A DNA stretch of 63,250 bases, filler included, from Olpidium bornovanus S191 (GCA_017911155.1; 29 parts of 29 records of this genome joined end to end with filler, not necessarily neighbours in it); one strand, 5' to 3'. Positions 45,176 through 58,140 are shown, counted from the whole stretch's first letter. A program made the numbers and translations. Notes: generated by a model from the sequence alone, not told the origin.

Positions 45176-46539
45176 TTTCGTCTGTGCGACGCAGGAACGC
45201 TTTCCACTTTCTTACCAGCACGTAATCCGTCTGACGTTCGCAGAAGCACATTGTGCAGTGGCGGGGNNNNNNNNNNNNNNNNNNNNNNNNNNNNNNNNNN
45301 NNNNNNNNNNTTAATTAATTAANNNNNNNNNNNNNNNNNNNNNNNNNNNNNNNNNNNNNNNNNNNNGAGTGAACCCGGGGCCAGGCAGATCCGGATGCTT
45401 CCCCTCCCCTCCCCGCCAAATCACAAAGCGCCGGAAGTCAGGGACTGTGGCAGCCGGCGCTAAAAAAAAACGCGGCCAACGGTCATGGACGGAAGGAAGG
45501 GACGGGTATCTGCCGCGGGTAAGGCAGGCAAAAACGCAGCGCAACGGGGGCCGGCTGGCCCCGCCTAAGCTTTATCCCTGGCCATCCTGCGGAATATTTG
45601 CGATGCCCCCTTTCCGCGGGAGTTCGATTCAACACCAGGAAATCCCGCTAGCCACCAATGTCCTCTGCTCTTCCTCGCGGATGCCTGGCCCCTCGGCCGT
45701 TCATCGGCTTCCCTCCCTCCCTCCCCCTCCCTCTCCCCCCCACCCCGGCTCCCCGAGCGCACACTGCGCGATAACTTGACGTGCGTCTTAACGGCGCCTT
45801 CCCCGCAATATCCGCCAAACCGATTGCAGCATCGATACAACCTAACGTAAGCAAGAAGTCCCCACCAAAGGGGCATCTGGCCGCCCACAGCATGTCGCTC
45901 AATAAAATTGTAATTTTTTAATTTTATTTATTTATTTATTTATTTATTTTTTTTTTAGCAAACTTCGTCTGAACAAGTGCGACGTATGTACGTCGCTGCG
46001 TCACTTAAGTTGTATTACAAAGGCGCCCACCGGGGCGTGGAAAGAACGCGCGACAGGGAGATGCTGTACGCGCGCTTTTCCATAAGGCGGTGCTTTGGGA
46101 TGAGGATTGAACAGAAAATGAAGGGTTCGCCAAAGGTCACGATAGCGGGGAAAGCGGAATCGCAACGGTAGAAAGATGAATAGCCGTAATCCGTAATAGC
46201 CGTAATGAAAAGTTACCGTCTTTGCACAGAACGAGATGAAACTGCGACCCTTTTCCCCCTCCCTTCTCAGAAGCGAAATAAGCATTTCAGCTGGTTGGCA
46301 AAGGAGTCGGTTTGGGCGACGGACTGCGGGGATGGGGCGCGGGTGTGTGTGTGTGTGTGTGTGGGGGGGGGGGTGTATTTTGGCGGACGGGTGAAATTCA
46401 GCGGAAAGCCAGGTCGCGAGCTAACCGAAGACTGGCGGGCGAAACCATAACTTCGACATTCCCCTCCCTTCCCCCTCCCTTCGCATGCCAGGCAACTTCC
46501 GCGAGTGGAAGAAATCCCCGTCCCCCACAGCCGTAGAAA

Positions 46540-47900
46540 AGAAGGGCTTCTTTACCTTGCGGGCTTGCGCGGCAGAGGTCTTGGCGGCGGAGACTTCCTT
46601 CTGAATGCGGGCAAAGGCCCTTTCCAGCTGCGCTTTGTGCTCTTCGCCTGGGGGTTTTTTTAATTCAGAATGAGTTTCGGCATTGCGGTGTGTGTGTTTC
46701 GCCGTCCGCCGAGGACACTCAAGAGCCGTCGCCGTACGAGACGTCGACCACCCCTGAGCGCACGCGGACTGCAAGGCGCACGCGGATTGCCAGAAATAGA
46801 AACACGGAGCACAAAAAGTCCTCGCGTTTTGGAAAGCACATACGAAGCCCATCGAGGTCCTTCAGAAGCTCTATCCGGGCGCGGCGGAGCTGGAGGTGGT
46901 TCTGCTCCAGACTTTCCAGAAGATGTCCTATCGATCCCTGCACAGAGAGTGACACCCGCAAAAAAAAAAAAAAAAAAAAAAAAAACGAAAAATAAAATAA
47001 GCAAAAAACCGGCGACTCAATTAACTTGGTTTGCGCAGGCAAATTTTTTTCGAGGAAGAGGCCTGGCCGAGGTTGTCGCTCACATGCGCGGCCTCGGCGT
47101 AGGACTTGACACGTTTCGTAGACTCTTCGCACTCCGCGACGGATTGCAGCCAGGATCGCTTATAGGTTCCATTCAACTGCTCACTATCGTGAAAGGGCAA
47201 AAAAAACATCGTTCGTTTTATTCGGACCACGGCGACGAGGAGCTTGAAATGCTCCGTACGCTTCTCTCTCGTGCGGCTCGATGAAGGCGACCAGCATTGC
47301 TGTGCCGGCCTTGAGCGTCTCGTCCAGAAACTCCTCGTACTTGCGGAGATCGGCTTCAAGGTCGCGGTTGAATGTCGCTGACGAAAGCGTGCCAAGGCGT
47401 CAGCAGCAGCACCGCGTCACGGGGATATCACGGCGGGACATGTGAAATTTTGTTCTAACGCCGCGCGGACAACATCCGAAGGCGCAAGAGGGGGAACGGG
47501 GGCGGGGAGGGGTAAGGGGAGGCACTCAACATTTCACGCGGCTCAGAAATTCCTCCTCGTTCTCGCTCAGCTGTTCCACGACCGAGTCAGAGTCGCTGGG
47601 CGGCGCCGGCGGCCTCCGGGGCCCCGCGGTCGTCATCTCGACGCCCGGGCCGGCGGCGGAGGTTTGGTTGTAGACGACGCTCGGCGCGAGCGGGCCGGCG
47701 CGACGGAGGCGAGCGGCTGCGGCTGCGGCGCGTGAGGCGGAGGCGTCCTCGGCGAACGGCGGGGGACGGTGCGACGGGGCGGCTTGCGGCAGCGGGAAAA
47801 AAGGGCGGCGGCGGCACGAAAGGCCGTCGCCCGCGAAGCCGGCATCGCCGCCGCGGGCCGCCGAGGGCGGGTCTTCGCACGCGCGACCTGCTGCGAACAT
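46540..47900 (-). CDS. Helical coiled-coil protein, possibly an F-BAR domain; multi-exon
   Basis: Exons EEFLSR|ATFNRDLEADLRKYEEFLDETLK..|LNGTYKRSWLQSVAECEES..AEAAH|GSIGHLLESLEQ..LLKDLDGLR|GEEHKAQLERAFARIQKEVSAAK..; GT-AG borders. Confidence 0.5.
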
Positions 47901-48299
47901 CCGGTGGGCCTGTGCGTTGGTTTGGGGGACGGGCGCGGCGGCGATCTCGTTCTCTTACTCGCCTCTGTCGCGCTCCCCTATTTCCCTCCTCGGCCCCTCC
48001 CTCCCACCCCACCGCCACCCGGAAAAAAAAGACGACACCCAGTCCGATGCACCGTCCGAGTTGATCCGAGATCGCTTGGAAAACGGGTCTCGTGTCAGGA
48101 GCATACTGGGCATGAAGAAGGACGGAGGAGGAAGCGTACCCGCGTGAAGTCCACGCTCCCTGACATGCAAACCAAAAAAAAAAAATCTAAAAGAATTAGA
48201 AAACAAAACAAAAATATCGGTAACGCGCCGGGCCGTGCAACGCGGGCCCGCGCTGCGGAGAAACAAGTTTTCGCCTAAGAGCCAATCCCCGCAGCCTTC

Positions 48300-49300
48300 T
48301 TGGGCACCGGCAACAGCGAATTGTCGGCGCGAGAGGGAGGACGTTTACGCCAGAAAAATTTTGCTGGAGCAGATCGACGAGATCGCCGAGGTCGGCCGCG
48401 AAGGTGCCGGACGCGTTGTCGATGACGAGCACCAGAAGGTGGGCGCCCTCCGGCGCCGGACTGGCGCCGCGAGGCAGCGACGGGGCGTCTGTGAGGTGGT
48501 CCTGCCGGCCGTAAAAGCCGAACGTGCCGCCGAAGCGGACGCTTTCGAACGCGACGTGCAACGCAAAGGACACGTTGGCCGAGACGACGCAGAGCTCGCC
48601 CGCCATGTAGCAGCCTCTATTGCTTTCGGCCGGCATGAAGTGCTCGGGAACGAAGTCCGTGCACGTCGAAGGCCCGGTTTCGGTAAACCGGACGAAGCCG
48701 TCGCGGACCACGTGCGTGAAGCGCCTGCCGTCGCCGTCGGCGCCTTGGAAAACGCCGAAGAAGCCGCGGGCGTCGTTGACCTCGCCGGCGTCGCCGGGTT
48801 CCGCTATGTTGACAAGCTTGACCTGCGGCGTCAATAGGGTGCCCGTGAAGGTCCAGCAGGCCTCTTTCACTATCCGCGTTGTTCCGTTGGCGAACTGGAT
48901 GCGAGTTTTAGGTGACAGCCGCTCGACCGGAGAAGAACGAAAAAAAAAAAAAAAAAAGAAAAAAAAATTTACGCCTATCCTGACCACACAAACGGAGGCG
49001 AGAAGTAGGCCGCGCTTACCGTCCGTTGACTTCTGAAGGCCTGTTCACCGCCGTGCAATCCAATCGCGTGGACGTGGGAACCTCGGTTGCCGCTGCTAGC
49101 GGCATCCCAGCCGCTGGTGATATGTTCGACCAATTTGCTGTGGTATCTTTTGGGTCCATCACGCCAAGTGGGGGACTATTATCGTACGTGACTCCGGAAG
49201 ACCTGACCACCATGTTCATGTGGTCGCCGCGAACGCTAATGCGCGCGTTCTCCGTTTCTCCACAACGCCGCTTGCCAGGAGGTTGATGGGGAGTGAACAC
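48300..49300 (-). CDS. Unassigned beta-rich hypothetical protein (2 or more exons)
   Basis: Long open, complex, GC3-rich frames (RIQFANGTTRIVKEACWTFTG..GCYMAGELCVVSAN..LVLVIDNASGTF); donor GAC|GGTAAGC near 49018. Confidence 0.55.
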
Positions 49301-49624
49301 GGGGACGAGGGTTTTTCTGTGGGGGAAGTGGAATTGATGGGGCCCATTGTGCCAGGAACTTTCCCCGTCCATCCCGCGCTTCCCCTTTTCCCGGCCCCCC
49401 CAACATGCCCAAGGTTTGATGCCTCCCCTATCGTCCACGTCGGGCGTGCTGGCCGCCGCGGGGGCCGCATTCCTTGCCTGTTGCGCCTTCTGCCGCGCAT
49501 CTTGCGATGCCGCGGTAGTCACCCNNNNNNNNNNNNNNNNNNNNNNNNNNNNNNNNNNNNNNNNNNNNTTAATTAATTAANNNNNNNNNNNNNNNNNNNN
49601 NNNNNNNNNNNNNNNNNNNNNNNN

Positions 49625-50532
49625 ATCGAGATTATTTGGCGCCGACGCTGCGGCGGTCGCGGAAACCAGGCTTATTTCCGAGCACCGGAGCTCAATAACG
49701 TGGCTGCTGAGTCAGCGGCTTCTAGAGGTGACCAAAATCCATGCGAAACAGCAGGAAGCACGGATCGCCAAGGGGTTGGAGAAAGCTGGGAGGTGTGCGA
49801 TACTTCCCCAGACGGCAGGTGACAAGATCCATCAGGGGTTTTCCTGTACTGACGGTTTGCCTTACCGCTGGGCATTCCGTGCAGCTTCTTTACCGAAACG
49901 CTGTCGCCGCCTGTGACGCCCTCTTCGGTAATAGCAAATGTGATTCCGGAATTTGCATCTGCGCACGATCCTTCACCTCCAACTTCGTCCATTTACGGCG
50001 CGGGAAACGGCGACGACGTGTACAACGAAGAGGACTCGCAATTGGGCGACGACGGGGAGGGTAGCGCCTCGGGGCTTTCCGCCCAAGAACGTCAGGTCTT
50101 GGAAGCCGAGAACGAGAGGATGTTGAGGGATTTGGAGAGGAATCTCGCCCAAGTAAGGTGAGGACGGAGCCAGCTCTACTTTGCAACGCCTCAATCACGC
50201 CCGAGAGGTTGGTTACCGCGGAAGAACAGGGTGGTTTTTTTTTTCCCGCTTCCTTATCGAGCAACCACTGTTTTGGACTTCGTAACAGACAGGCCGAGAA
50301 GTCCCTGCTTGAAATCTCGCAACTGCAGAGCACGCTCTCCCGTCACCTTGCGATACAGGCGTCGGAGACCGAGCGACTTCACTCGGATGCAGTGGCATCA
50401 ACGGAACGCGTTTTGCAGGGCAACGATTATCTCCAGCAGGCCCGCCGGCGAAATGCCGATACCCGCAAATGGGTCTTATTTTTTTTGATAATGGCTTCCG
50501 GCATCCTTCTGTTCCTGGACTGGTACGATTAA
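49625..50532 (+). CDS. UFE1: ER Qa-SNARE Ufe1/syntaxin-18, C-terminal part
   Basis: HRSSITWLLSQRL..; LSAQERQVLEAENERMLRDLE..|AEKSLLEISQLQSTLSRHLAIQ..GNDYLQQARRRNADTRKWVLFFLIMASGILLFLDWYD*. Confidence 0.92.
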
Positions 50533-51030
50533 GATCAAAACAATGTGCGACCGACTACCCGGCCTCGTGACAACCTGCTATGATGGCGCGATTTTGCACA
50601 CCCGCTTCAACCGCCGGATGCTCTTCCTGGCGGCTGCTCCGGAATTTTTTTTTTTTTGGTTTTGCCGCCCCTCGCTCAGAGAAAGCCGCCAGGCCTATCT
50701 CCAAACCCTTGCTAAACAACCTAAGAGGGTCTGGCGCTATCCAAACGCCAGCAGTAGTCGGTCGGACAGTGCACCATTTATTTTTCTTCACCCGTTTGCC
50801 GGATTGGCAGATTGAGCTCGTCTTCTTCGATTCTGCAAACTTTGATTTTCGAACGAAAGCGCGCGAGTTTCTTTTGGTGGTCCGACGGCTGCGTTCGTGC
50901 CGGGCCGCCAGCATTCCTCAGACTCCCACGGCGTCGACGCCACACCCCGCCTTTTCGCCCTGCGCCATCCCGTGTTTCCGCAGCTCCCCCGCCGCCTTCC
51001 CGGCGCAACAGGAGATCCTTTGCCCGCTTC

Positions 51031-53614
51031 ATGGCCGACGAGAAAGCGACCCTTCCGCGGTACGCCGTTGGCATCCTTACCGGTGAGCATGCCGTGACCG
51101 GCGTCTTCCACCCCTGCGACAAGGGCGCGTTACGACACGCCCGTGTGGAGCCGCGCTTCCCGCCATTTTATACTGAGCGACTGCTTGCGCAGTCAGCGAC
51201 TCCGTCAGCTCCGGCTCGGCCAGAGACCAGTCTGGCCCTGCGCTTCGCGAGTGCATCGAGAAGGGCGGGAACGGCGCCACCTGGACTGTGACCGTGCAGA
51301 AGACTGTCGGTGACAACGCTAGGGATATCCGCGCCGCAGTGAAGCAATGGGCAGATAACGACCGCGTGGACCTCATTGTCACCACGGGCGGAACCGGGTT
51401 TGGGATCCGCGACGTCACGCCGGAGGTCGGTACTTTCCGGGCCAGGTTGTTTTACGGTTGGAACGCTCATGCTTACATCATGCCCCGTTCGCATATGAAA
51501 GGCCGTGGCGCCGATCCTGGACCGCCAGGCGTCCGGACTGGTGGTGGCGATGCTGGTGGCGTCGTTAACGATCACCCCTTTTGCGGCGCTGGCGAGACCG
51601 GTGGCGGGCACAATCGGCCGAACTCTTATTATAACCCTGCCTGGCAGTCCGAAGGGCAGTGTGGAGAACCTGATGGCGGTTTGGAAGGCGCTTCCACATG
51701 CCCTGGAGTTAAACCGTGGAAGTTCGGGGAAAAAACTCCACGACGACATGAACAGGCTGCAGCCCAGCCTCGCGGCTGACGCCGCCATTTTGGGCTTTCC
51801 TAATTTGAACGCGGCCGGCAACCGGAGTCCTCATCGGTGCTCGCACCACGCTAACGACGACGGGGCACAGACGGGTTCATCTACGGGATTGTCAAACGAC
51901 CTGGGCGTCCCAGGTACGGCTGCTCAATCTCTGTTGTTGGTTTGAAAAACAAAACGGCGTGATAATTTCGTGAATATCTGATTTGGCTGACGACTTCCTA
52001 ATTTTCAACTCCTGGACGCTTTCGTGAATAACAGTTGCAAAACGCCGAAGGACGTCGCCGTATCCGCTGGTAGACGTAGAGGACGCGATGCGTATAATCT
52101 CGAGATACAGCACTCGATTAGATGCTCGAGAACTCCCTGTCGACGACGATCTAACCGGTTTCGTCCTGGCCGAAGACGTCGTCGCACTAGAGTCTGTTCC
52201 CGGTTACAGAGCATCTGTGGTTGACGGCTACGCAGTTATCGGTACGCCACGGGGGAAGTGCCGAAGCGCCTTGAAGATACCTGCATCTCTGTTCTGAGAT
52301 GTTTCCAACCTTTGGTAGGATCGGACGGGCCTGGAGTTTACGACGTAATTTCTGCGACTACGGCCGGAGAACAGGCCAATATACACACGGATATCTCCCC
52401 ACTTTGGGCAAAACAAGTCACTTGCACCGCTATCACCGCGCCGATTCCTCCTGGTGCCAACCCCGTAGTGATGGCGAAAGGCATCGACATCAAATCCTTT
52501 GGGCATATGACCGAAGAAACACCGGAGGTCACCATCGAAGCTCTCGAGAATGCCCAGAGCGATCGTGGAAAGTGCGCACCCGGAATTGGGAAGCAAAAGG
52601 AGGGTGACTCCCCTGGAATTTACTGTGCGGCCAGTGCAAAACACGTAGGCGTTCATCCACTTCGCCCGGGACAGATTGTTCGCGTTACTACCGGGGCGCC
52701 GGTTCCTCCTGGTGCCACCGCCGTGGTTATGGTGGAAGACACCAAACTGGTTCAGGCTTCCGATGACGGGTCGGTCGAAAAAAGAGTGGAAATTACGGTT
52801 CCAGTGCGCGACGGTGAAAACGTGCGCGAGATCGGTGTTGACACTGCCGTCGGTGAGGTCGTAATGCGGAAAGGCGAGCTCTTCACGGCCGTAGGAGGTG
52901 AGCATGCGGCCCTTGCCTCTGTAGGAGCGACCAAGGTAAGGAATGGTAAACCACAGCACGGGAGCGCTCTCTTTTGTGAAATGCGTTTTTTAAGTCCCTT
53001 CTGCGCGGGGGGGGAGGGGGGGGGACAAGTAGGTGTTGGTCCACCGCAAACCTGTCGTCGCCATCCTCTCGTCTGGGAGCGAAATCGTGGATGCCGGGTG
53101 TCCTCGGGAGCTTTCGTACGGACAAGTCCGCGACTGCAACCGCGTCGCTCTGCGTGCGGCAGTCGTCGGCGCCGGGTTCGAAGCGCTGGACTGCGGGATC
53201 GTGGAAGACTTGTAAGGCGGACATCACTGTTCCACGTTCGTGCCTTCATGTTTTGCCCTCGCTCCGGATCCCGTCTGTTTAATGTTGATGGGCGTTTGGC
53301 AGGGCGGATAAAGTCGAACGGGCGATTGTCAGCGCTCTGGCACGCGCGGACGTCCTGATCACCACTGGCGGCGTCTCGATGGGAGAGAAGGACCTTCTGA
53401 AGTCGATAATTGAACGTTCTTTGAAAGGAACGGTACATTTTGGCCGGGTCAACATGAAACCGGGGTGCGTGTTAAGTCGGCTGAGGCCGTGAGTCCATGC
53501 GTTGGGCACGCCTCTGTGCCTCTTCCCTCTCTTGGTTCGATTTTTGCGTATCCTTGAGAAGATTCACTACTAAACGTGCGTTGCTCCTTATTCGAAAACC
53601 AGGAAACCGACAAC
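51031..53614 (+). CDS. GPHN: Gephyrin/CnxE-type molybdopterin adenylyltransferase plus molybdenum insertase (MogA-G then MoeA-E domain), 3'-truncated
   Basis: VGILT|VSD..RDQSGP..DLIVTTGGTGFGIRDVTPE|..IITLPGSPKG; ESVPGYRASVVDGYAVI; RVTTGAPVPPGATAVVMVEDT; ITTGGVSMGEKD; FGRVNMKPG|KP. Confidence 0.96.
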
Positions 53615-53714
53615 NNNNNNNNNNNNNNNNNNNNNNNNNNNNNNNNNNNNNNNNNNNNTTAATTAATTAANNNNNNNNNNNNNNNNNNNNNNNNNNNNNN
53701 NNNNNNNNNNNNNN

Positions 53715-54403
53715 CATGACAGGCAAAATCTGCTGTTCCAGGGAGGCTTTTGTTACGTCATCCCGCCGCAAATCAATCTTGTTGCCGACAAGGACGACGG
53801 GCACATTGACGCCGAGCGAGCGAATGTACGGAAGCCAATGTGATCCAATTCGTTGGAACGTCGTTGGGAGGTTGACGTCATACACCACACATATGACGTG
53901 CGCTTTCCGCATCTCAAGCGCCAGATGCGAAAGGTTGCTCGACCGCGCTGGGGAAAATTAGAGTCGTATTTGGACGCGGTGCGCACGAGTTTGCAAGATT
54001 TGAAGCAGCAACGAACGTTCTCCGAGGTAAGACAAGCGACTGGTGAACGTCGGTAGAAAAAACAAAGACCACGGGGGAAGGCGCAGCCGCCGCTGGAGGT
54101 TGCTTCGCCGCGCACTCAAGGCCCAGGTCAGCCTACCGGACGAATCCACAATGTGGGTCGTGACATTTTCCGGGGTTACTTCCGGGGGTATGGTAACTTC
54201 GGGGACGACGTGTTGGACCTGCGACGCACCCGTCACGAGGCGCGCAGCTTGAGCACAACATGCGCCGGCAAGCAAATCGGGCCAACCCGCTGCGTGGAAA
54301 AACGTCCTGCAGGAAGCGCGGAAACGCCGAAACTCCCGACTCACGTTTGGCAGGAAGGTTTCTTTAATGAGCGACGTAATGAGCGTGCTCTTCCCGACGC
54401 CGT
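53715..54403 (-). CDS. GEM1: Mitochondrial Rho GTPase Gem1/Miro, N-terminal GTPase domain fragment
   Basis: [19 protein letters not shown]|[27 protein letters not shown]|..[35 protein letters not shown]. Confidence 0.95.
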
Positions 54404-56183
54404 CTGGCGGCAGACGGGCGCGGAGTCAACGTGCCGGGTAAATGTCGGCAGGACGGGGCGGCACAAAGTGGGGCAACAGAGTGACGCAGCGAACAAAGAA
54501 GCCCCGAGGACGGCGAGCACCTGTCAGTTGTGACAGGACTTTTGCCTGGAACCCCTCTCCGGCCCGCCGGGAGGTGGGGGCGGTTTCGTCCAGCGCGACG
54601 AAATCCGCCCCGTCAGCTTTCCGCGGACAAGAACCAGTGGGCGGCAGGGGAGGCACGAGATCTCCGTCCTGCACACGACACACCGCCGACGCGAAGCCGC
54701 GCGAGCAGCCCGGGGGGAAAGGGGGGGGGGGGGGGGGGGGGTGGCGCCCCCCGCCGCNNNNNNNNNNNNNNNNNNNNNNNNNNNNNNNNNNNNNNNNNNN
54801 NTTAATTAATTAANNNNNNNNNNNNNNNNNNNNNNNNNNNNNNNNNNNNNNNNNNNNGCATGATGGACCGCTCGTGCATCCGTCGCATTCGGGCCCCCCT
54901 CCCCTCTTCCCGCGCGGGGATTTTTTGGGGCGGGGCGAAATGGGACGGCGGATTGGCGGCGCCTGCCAGAGTAAAAGCGTAGGCCGCGTCCAGGCGCGGC
55001 AAAAATTCACACGCTGGGTTTGCTCTTTCGCCAAACTGCGCAGCCCTCGCCATTTTTTTTATTTACACTTCCCCGAGGACCGCACAACACGTCGAGGCCG
55101 CAGATCTCCCTCTCGCGCGGACCCTCGCCCCCCCCCTCCCACCCCCCCCCCCCCCCCCCCCCCGCCCCCCACCCCCCCCCCCTCCCCCCGCGCCCCCCCC
55201 CCCCCCCTTCCCCCCCCCCCCCCCCCCACGCGATGCCGGTACGCGATCAAATTGCGGGATTGCGCGATGTCGCCCGTCTTCCCCTTTTCTCACGCGACGC
55301 GTCCCGCACCGGCAGCACGCGCAAACGTCGACTGCGCCAGGGGTGCCCGGTTGTGAAACGCGTCGCGGCGGGTCGTACTTTCGACCTCGCGCGTGTCGAT
55401 CACGCAACACGGCGGACCGCCGGTCAACGTGACGATGCTGGTTGGGCGGGAGTCTCACGGCGTCATCACCAACGCGACGTGGAGCGCGGTTAGGTCACAT
55501 CACTGGGGCAAAAAGTCACAACATTGCGGCGGGAGTCGCGCCTGCTGCGCGGTGGCGTTGCTCCTCGTGACAGTACTTTTTCTTTTTGTTTTTGCGCACA
55601 AGAGTTTGGTGCAAGTTTGACAAATAAATCACCTCGAGTCCTGGATACAAGACCCGCGAAAGTGCAGCCCAAGATTTTCGAAGACCGCTGCCGCGCACTT
55701 AAACGCACGGCGGAGCAACCGCACTGCGAAAACTCCGGGGTAAACCCATCAAGAATCGGAATGGAACATATACTAAGCTTGAGATTGCTGATTTCTCAGG
55801 AAAGACGCGGACAGTATCACCGCGGTTAATCCGGCGTACGACCTGGAAATTCACGCTGTTTCTGAGATAAAAAGGGCCCCCGGCAAAAAACATCTCGGCA
55901 GGGGAGCGTCAACAGTTACGTGGCCCGACAAATGGCACACACGAACCGCGATAGACCGCGTTCAGCTGGCTTACCTCACTTCCGCTGGACGAGTTACGAA
56001 AGCTGTTGCATCCACGTGCAGCATTATACAAGGCTGAACAGAGGCTATCTTTCAATAAACGGCCGAATCGGGAATCGACACCGGGTGAGATCCGATAACC
56101 GTGAGACTAAGACGGTTGGTCGGATGTTCGTGTGGTCGATTCCGAAGATCTGACAAAAACGTTCCGTCCTCGGGACACAAGGA

Positions 56184-56910
56184 TCACCAATCGTTGACGC
56201 GACATGCAGCGAGAGTATACTTGTTTTTTTGTCGGCACACGCCACCGGCAGCCATATCGAACGCCCAGTCGTGCTGTCCCGTGAGATTCCAAGCGGCAGC
56301 ACGGGGCGGCCCCGACAGTCAGTCGCCACAGCGCAGCCTCCAAAGGGGCAAGGCGAAGAACCGACCGCGTCCAGCAATGTAAACGCATCGCCATTACCTT
56401 TGGGCAATAGATAGTTGTGCCGACCACCCTTCCAGTTGACATGTCCGCGTGCTTGTGGGGACCTGGGAAAACGTTCGAATTAGCGCCCGCCAGTGCGAGG
56501 CTGACGATTGCCTCCTCCTGCGCTCGGGTTTTCGCCGAGGAACGCAACACGCACATATCCGGTTGACCTCATAAATCTGACTGTCGCCTGCCGCGACTCG
56601 CATCCGCGAGATTGACAGCGTCTTGATTGCCCCGGGGGCGGGCCGGCCGCCGCCGTCAGGTGCCGCCGTTCCGCCGCGCGCCGGCCGCGTACCGCTGTCC
56701 GGCGCGTCTCCCTCGTAGTCGCTGTCGGAAGAATCGTCCGCCGAGCGCGCGGGTCGCGCGCCGACCTCCAGCGGCCAGAAAGCGCCCTCACGCTCACCGA
56801 TTTGACCCGCCCCCGCTTTCCGCAGCCGGTCCGCCGCCTTAGCGCGGGATTTCATCTCTTTCTTCGACGCCTTGTCTGTCGGAGAGTCCCCCCCCCCCCC
56901 CCCCCCCCCC
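56184..56910 (-). CDS. Protein with a C-terminal Rieske [2Fe-2S] domain; join(..56555,56462..56398,56273..56184), 5'-truncated
   Basis: Splicing gives QIYEVNRI|CPHKHADMSTGRVVGTTIYCPK|HDWAFDMAAGGVCRQKNKYTLAACRVNDW*, i.e. C-x-H-x16-C-x2-H followed by W-x-FD. Confidence 0.85.
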
Positions 56911-57010
56911 NNNNNNNNNNNNNNNNNNNNNNNNNNNNNNNNNNNNNNNNNNNNTTAATTAATTAANNNNNNNNNNNNNNNNNNNNNNNNNNNNNNNNNN
57001 NNNNNNNNNN

Positions 57011-57787
57011 CATGCCTGAAGTCGGAAATTATCGGTATCTTGTGCGTGGTTGGGAAGGACAAACGAGCTTTGTCGAGGGAAAAGCGCTGTATTCCAAGAA
57101 GATGCGACAATATTAACCCTAACGGCTGCGTATAACCCGGAGGCGAACAGGCGAGTGGAAAGTGGTCACCAGACGTTGTTGGGGGCTCTTAAGAAGGCGG
57201 CCAATGGGCAAGTCAAGGAATGGGCGAACTTATTGCTTTTTACGCTTTGGGCGGATCGAATGACGGTGACGAGAACAACGGGATTTTCACCGGTGGAATT
57301 GATGAATGGATCGCCGATGGTTTTGCCGGCGGAATTGAATGTCATGACGTGGGCTGTATCACCTTGCACGGATGGACTTTCTACTGAGGAGCTTCTGGCG
57401 TTACAAATAAGGCAATTAGAACGACGAGCATCAGATATCGAAAAGGCGGTGGAGGAAACGCGACGTGTTCGGGACAAGACCAAGGAATACGTCGACTCAT
57501 GGCGACCGCAACGATCCGAACCGCTATGTGCGGGGGACTGGGTGCTGGTCCGCAACTCGCAGAGCAAGGTACAGCATCGAGCGGAAAGGAAGTTTGAAGA
57601 GAAGTGGAGCGGGCCGTATCGTGTCGTGGAAGTTTATCGAGATACGGCTATATATGTCCTGGAGGAGTTGGACGGGACGCGCCTAAAAACGCGCTACCCG
57701 GGGAAACACCTGAAAATTTTCCGGCGAGGGGAAAGATTAGTCAAGTCGACAAGCTATGAGGAGGACATTGTGCTCGCAGGGAAATAA
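57011..57787 (+). mobile_element. Ty3/Gypsy integrase remnant (core internally deleted or frameshifted, C-terminal part intact)
   Basis: MPEVGNYRYLV..FVEGKAL, then a frameshift to TAAYNPEANRRVESGHQTL..WADR..TTGFSPVEL..LCAGDWVLVRN..KFEEKWSGPYRVVEV..YVLEELDGT..HLKIF. Confidence 0.9.
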
Positions 57788-58116
57788 TCGGAGGGCGTGC
57801 CAGATGGTCAAGCCGAGCCTCTGGATGAGAGAAAAATGATTCTTCAAAAATATCCAAACGAAGTGTCGAATTTAGCTGCAACGTCCTGGAGTTATCAAAT
57901 TTAACATTACTTGAGCGATCATACTGAAACTATGACGCCCTGATTCCGTAATGAGCTGCGGATACGTAGGCAACCGTTGCAGGCACGACAAATGTGGAAA
58001 GATTCTTTTGATATTGAGCATTCTACGAGCAAGCAATTCGTTGTGCGAGCTACTGCTAAAAGGGGTTTTGGCCGCCAAACGACAGAAACGAAAAGAGTTT
58101 TTCTAAAAGGAACGAC

Positions 58117-58140
58117 AGAGTAGGAGCGGGGGGGTGTATA
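58117..58140 (+). other. Candidate polypurine tract and 3' LTR start (TGTA at 58135)
   Basis: AGAGTAGGAGCGGGGGGG|TGTATA, about 340 bp after the integrase stop codon. Confidence 0.45.
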
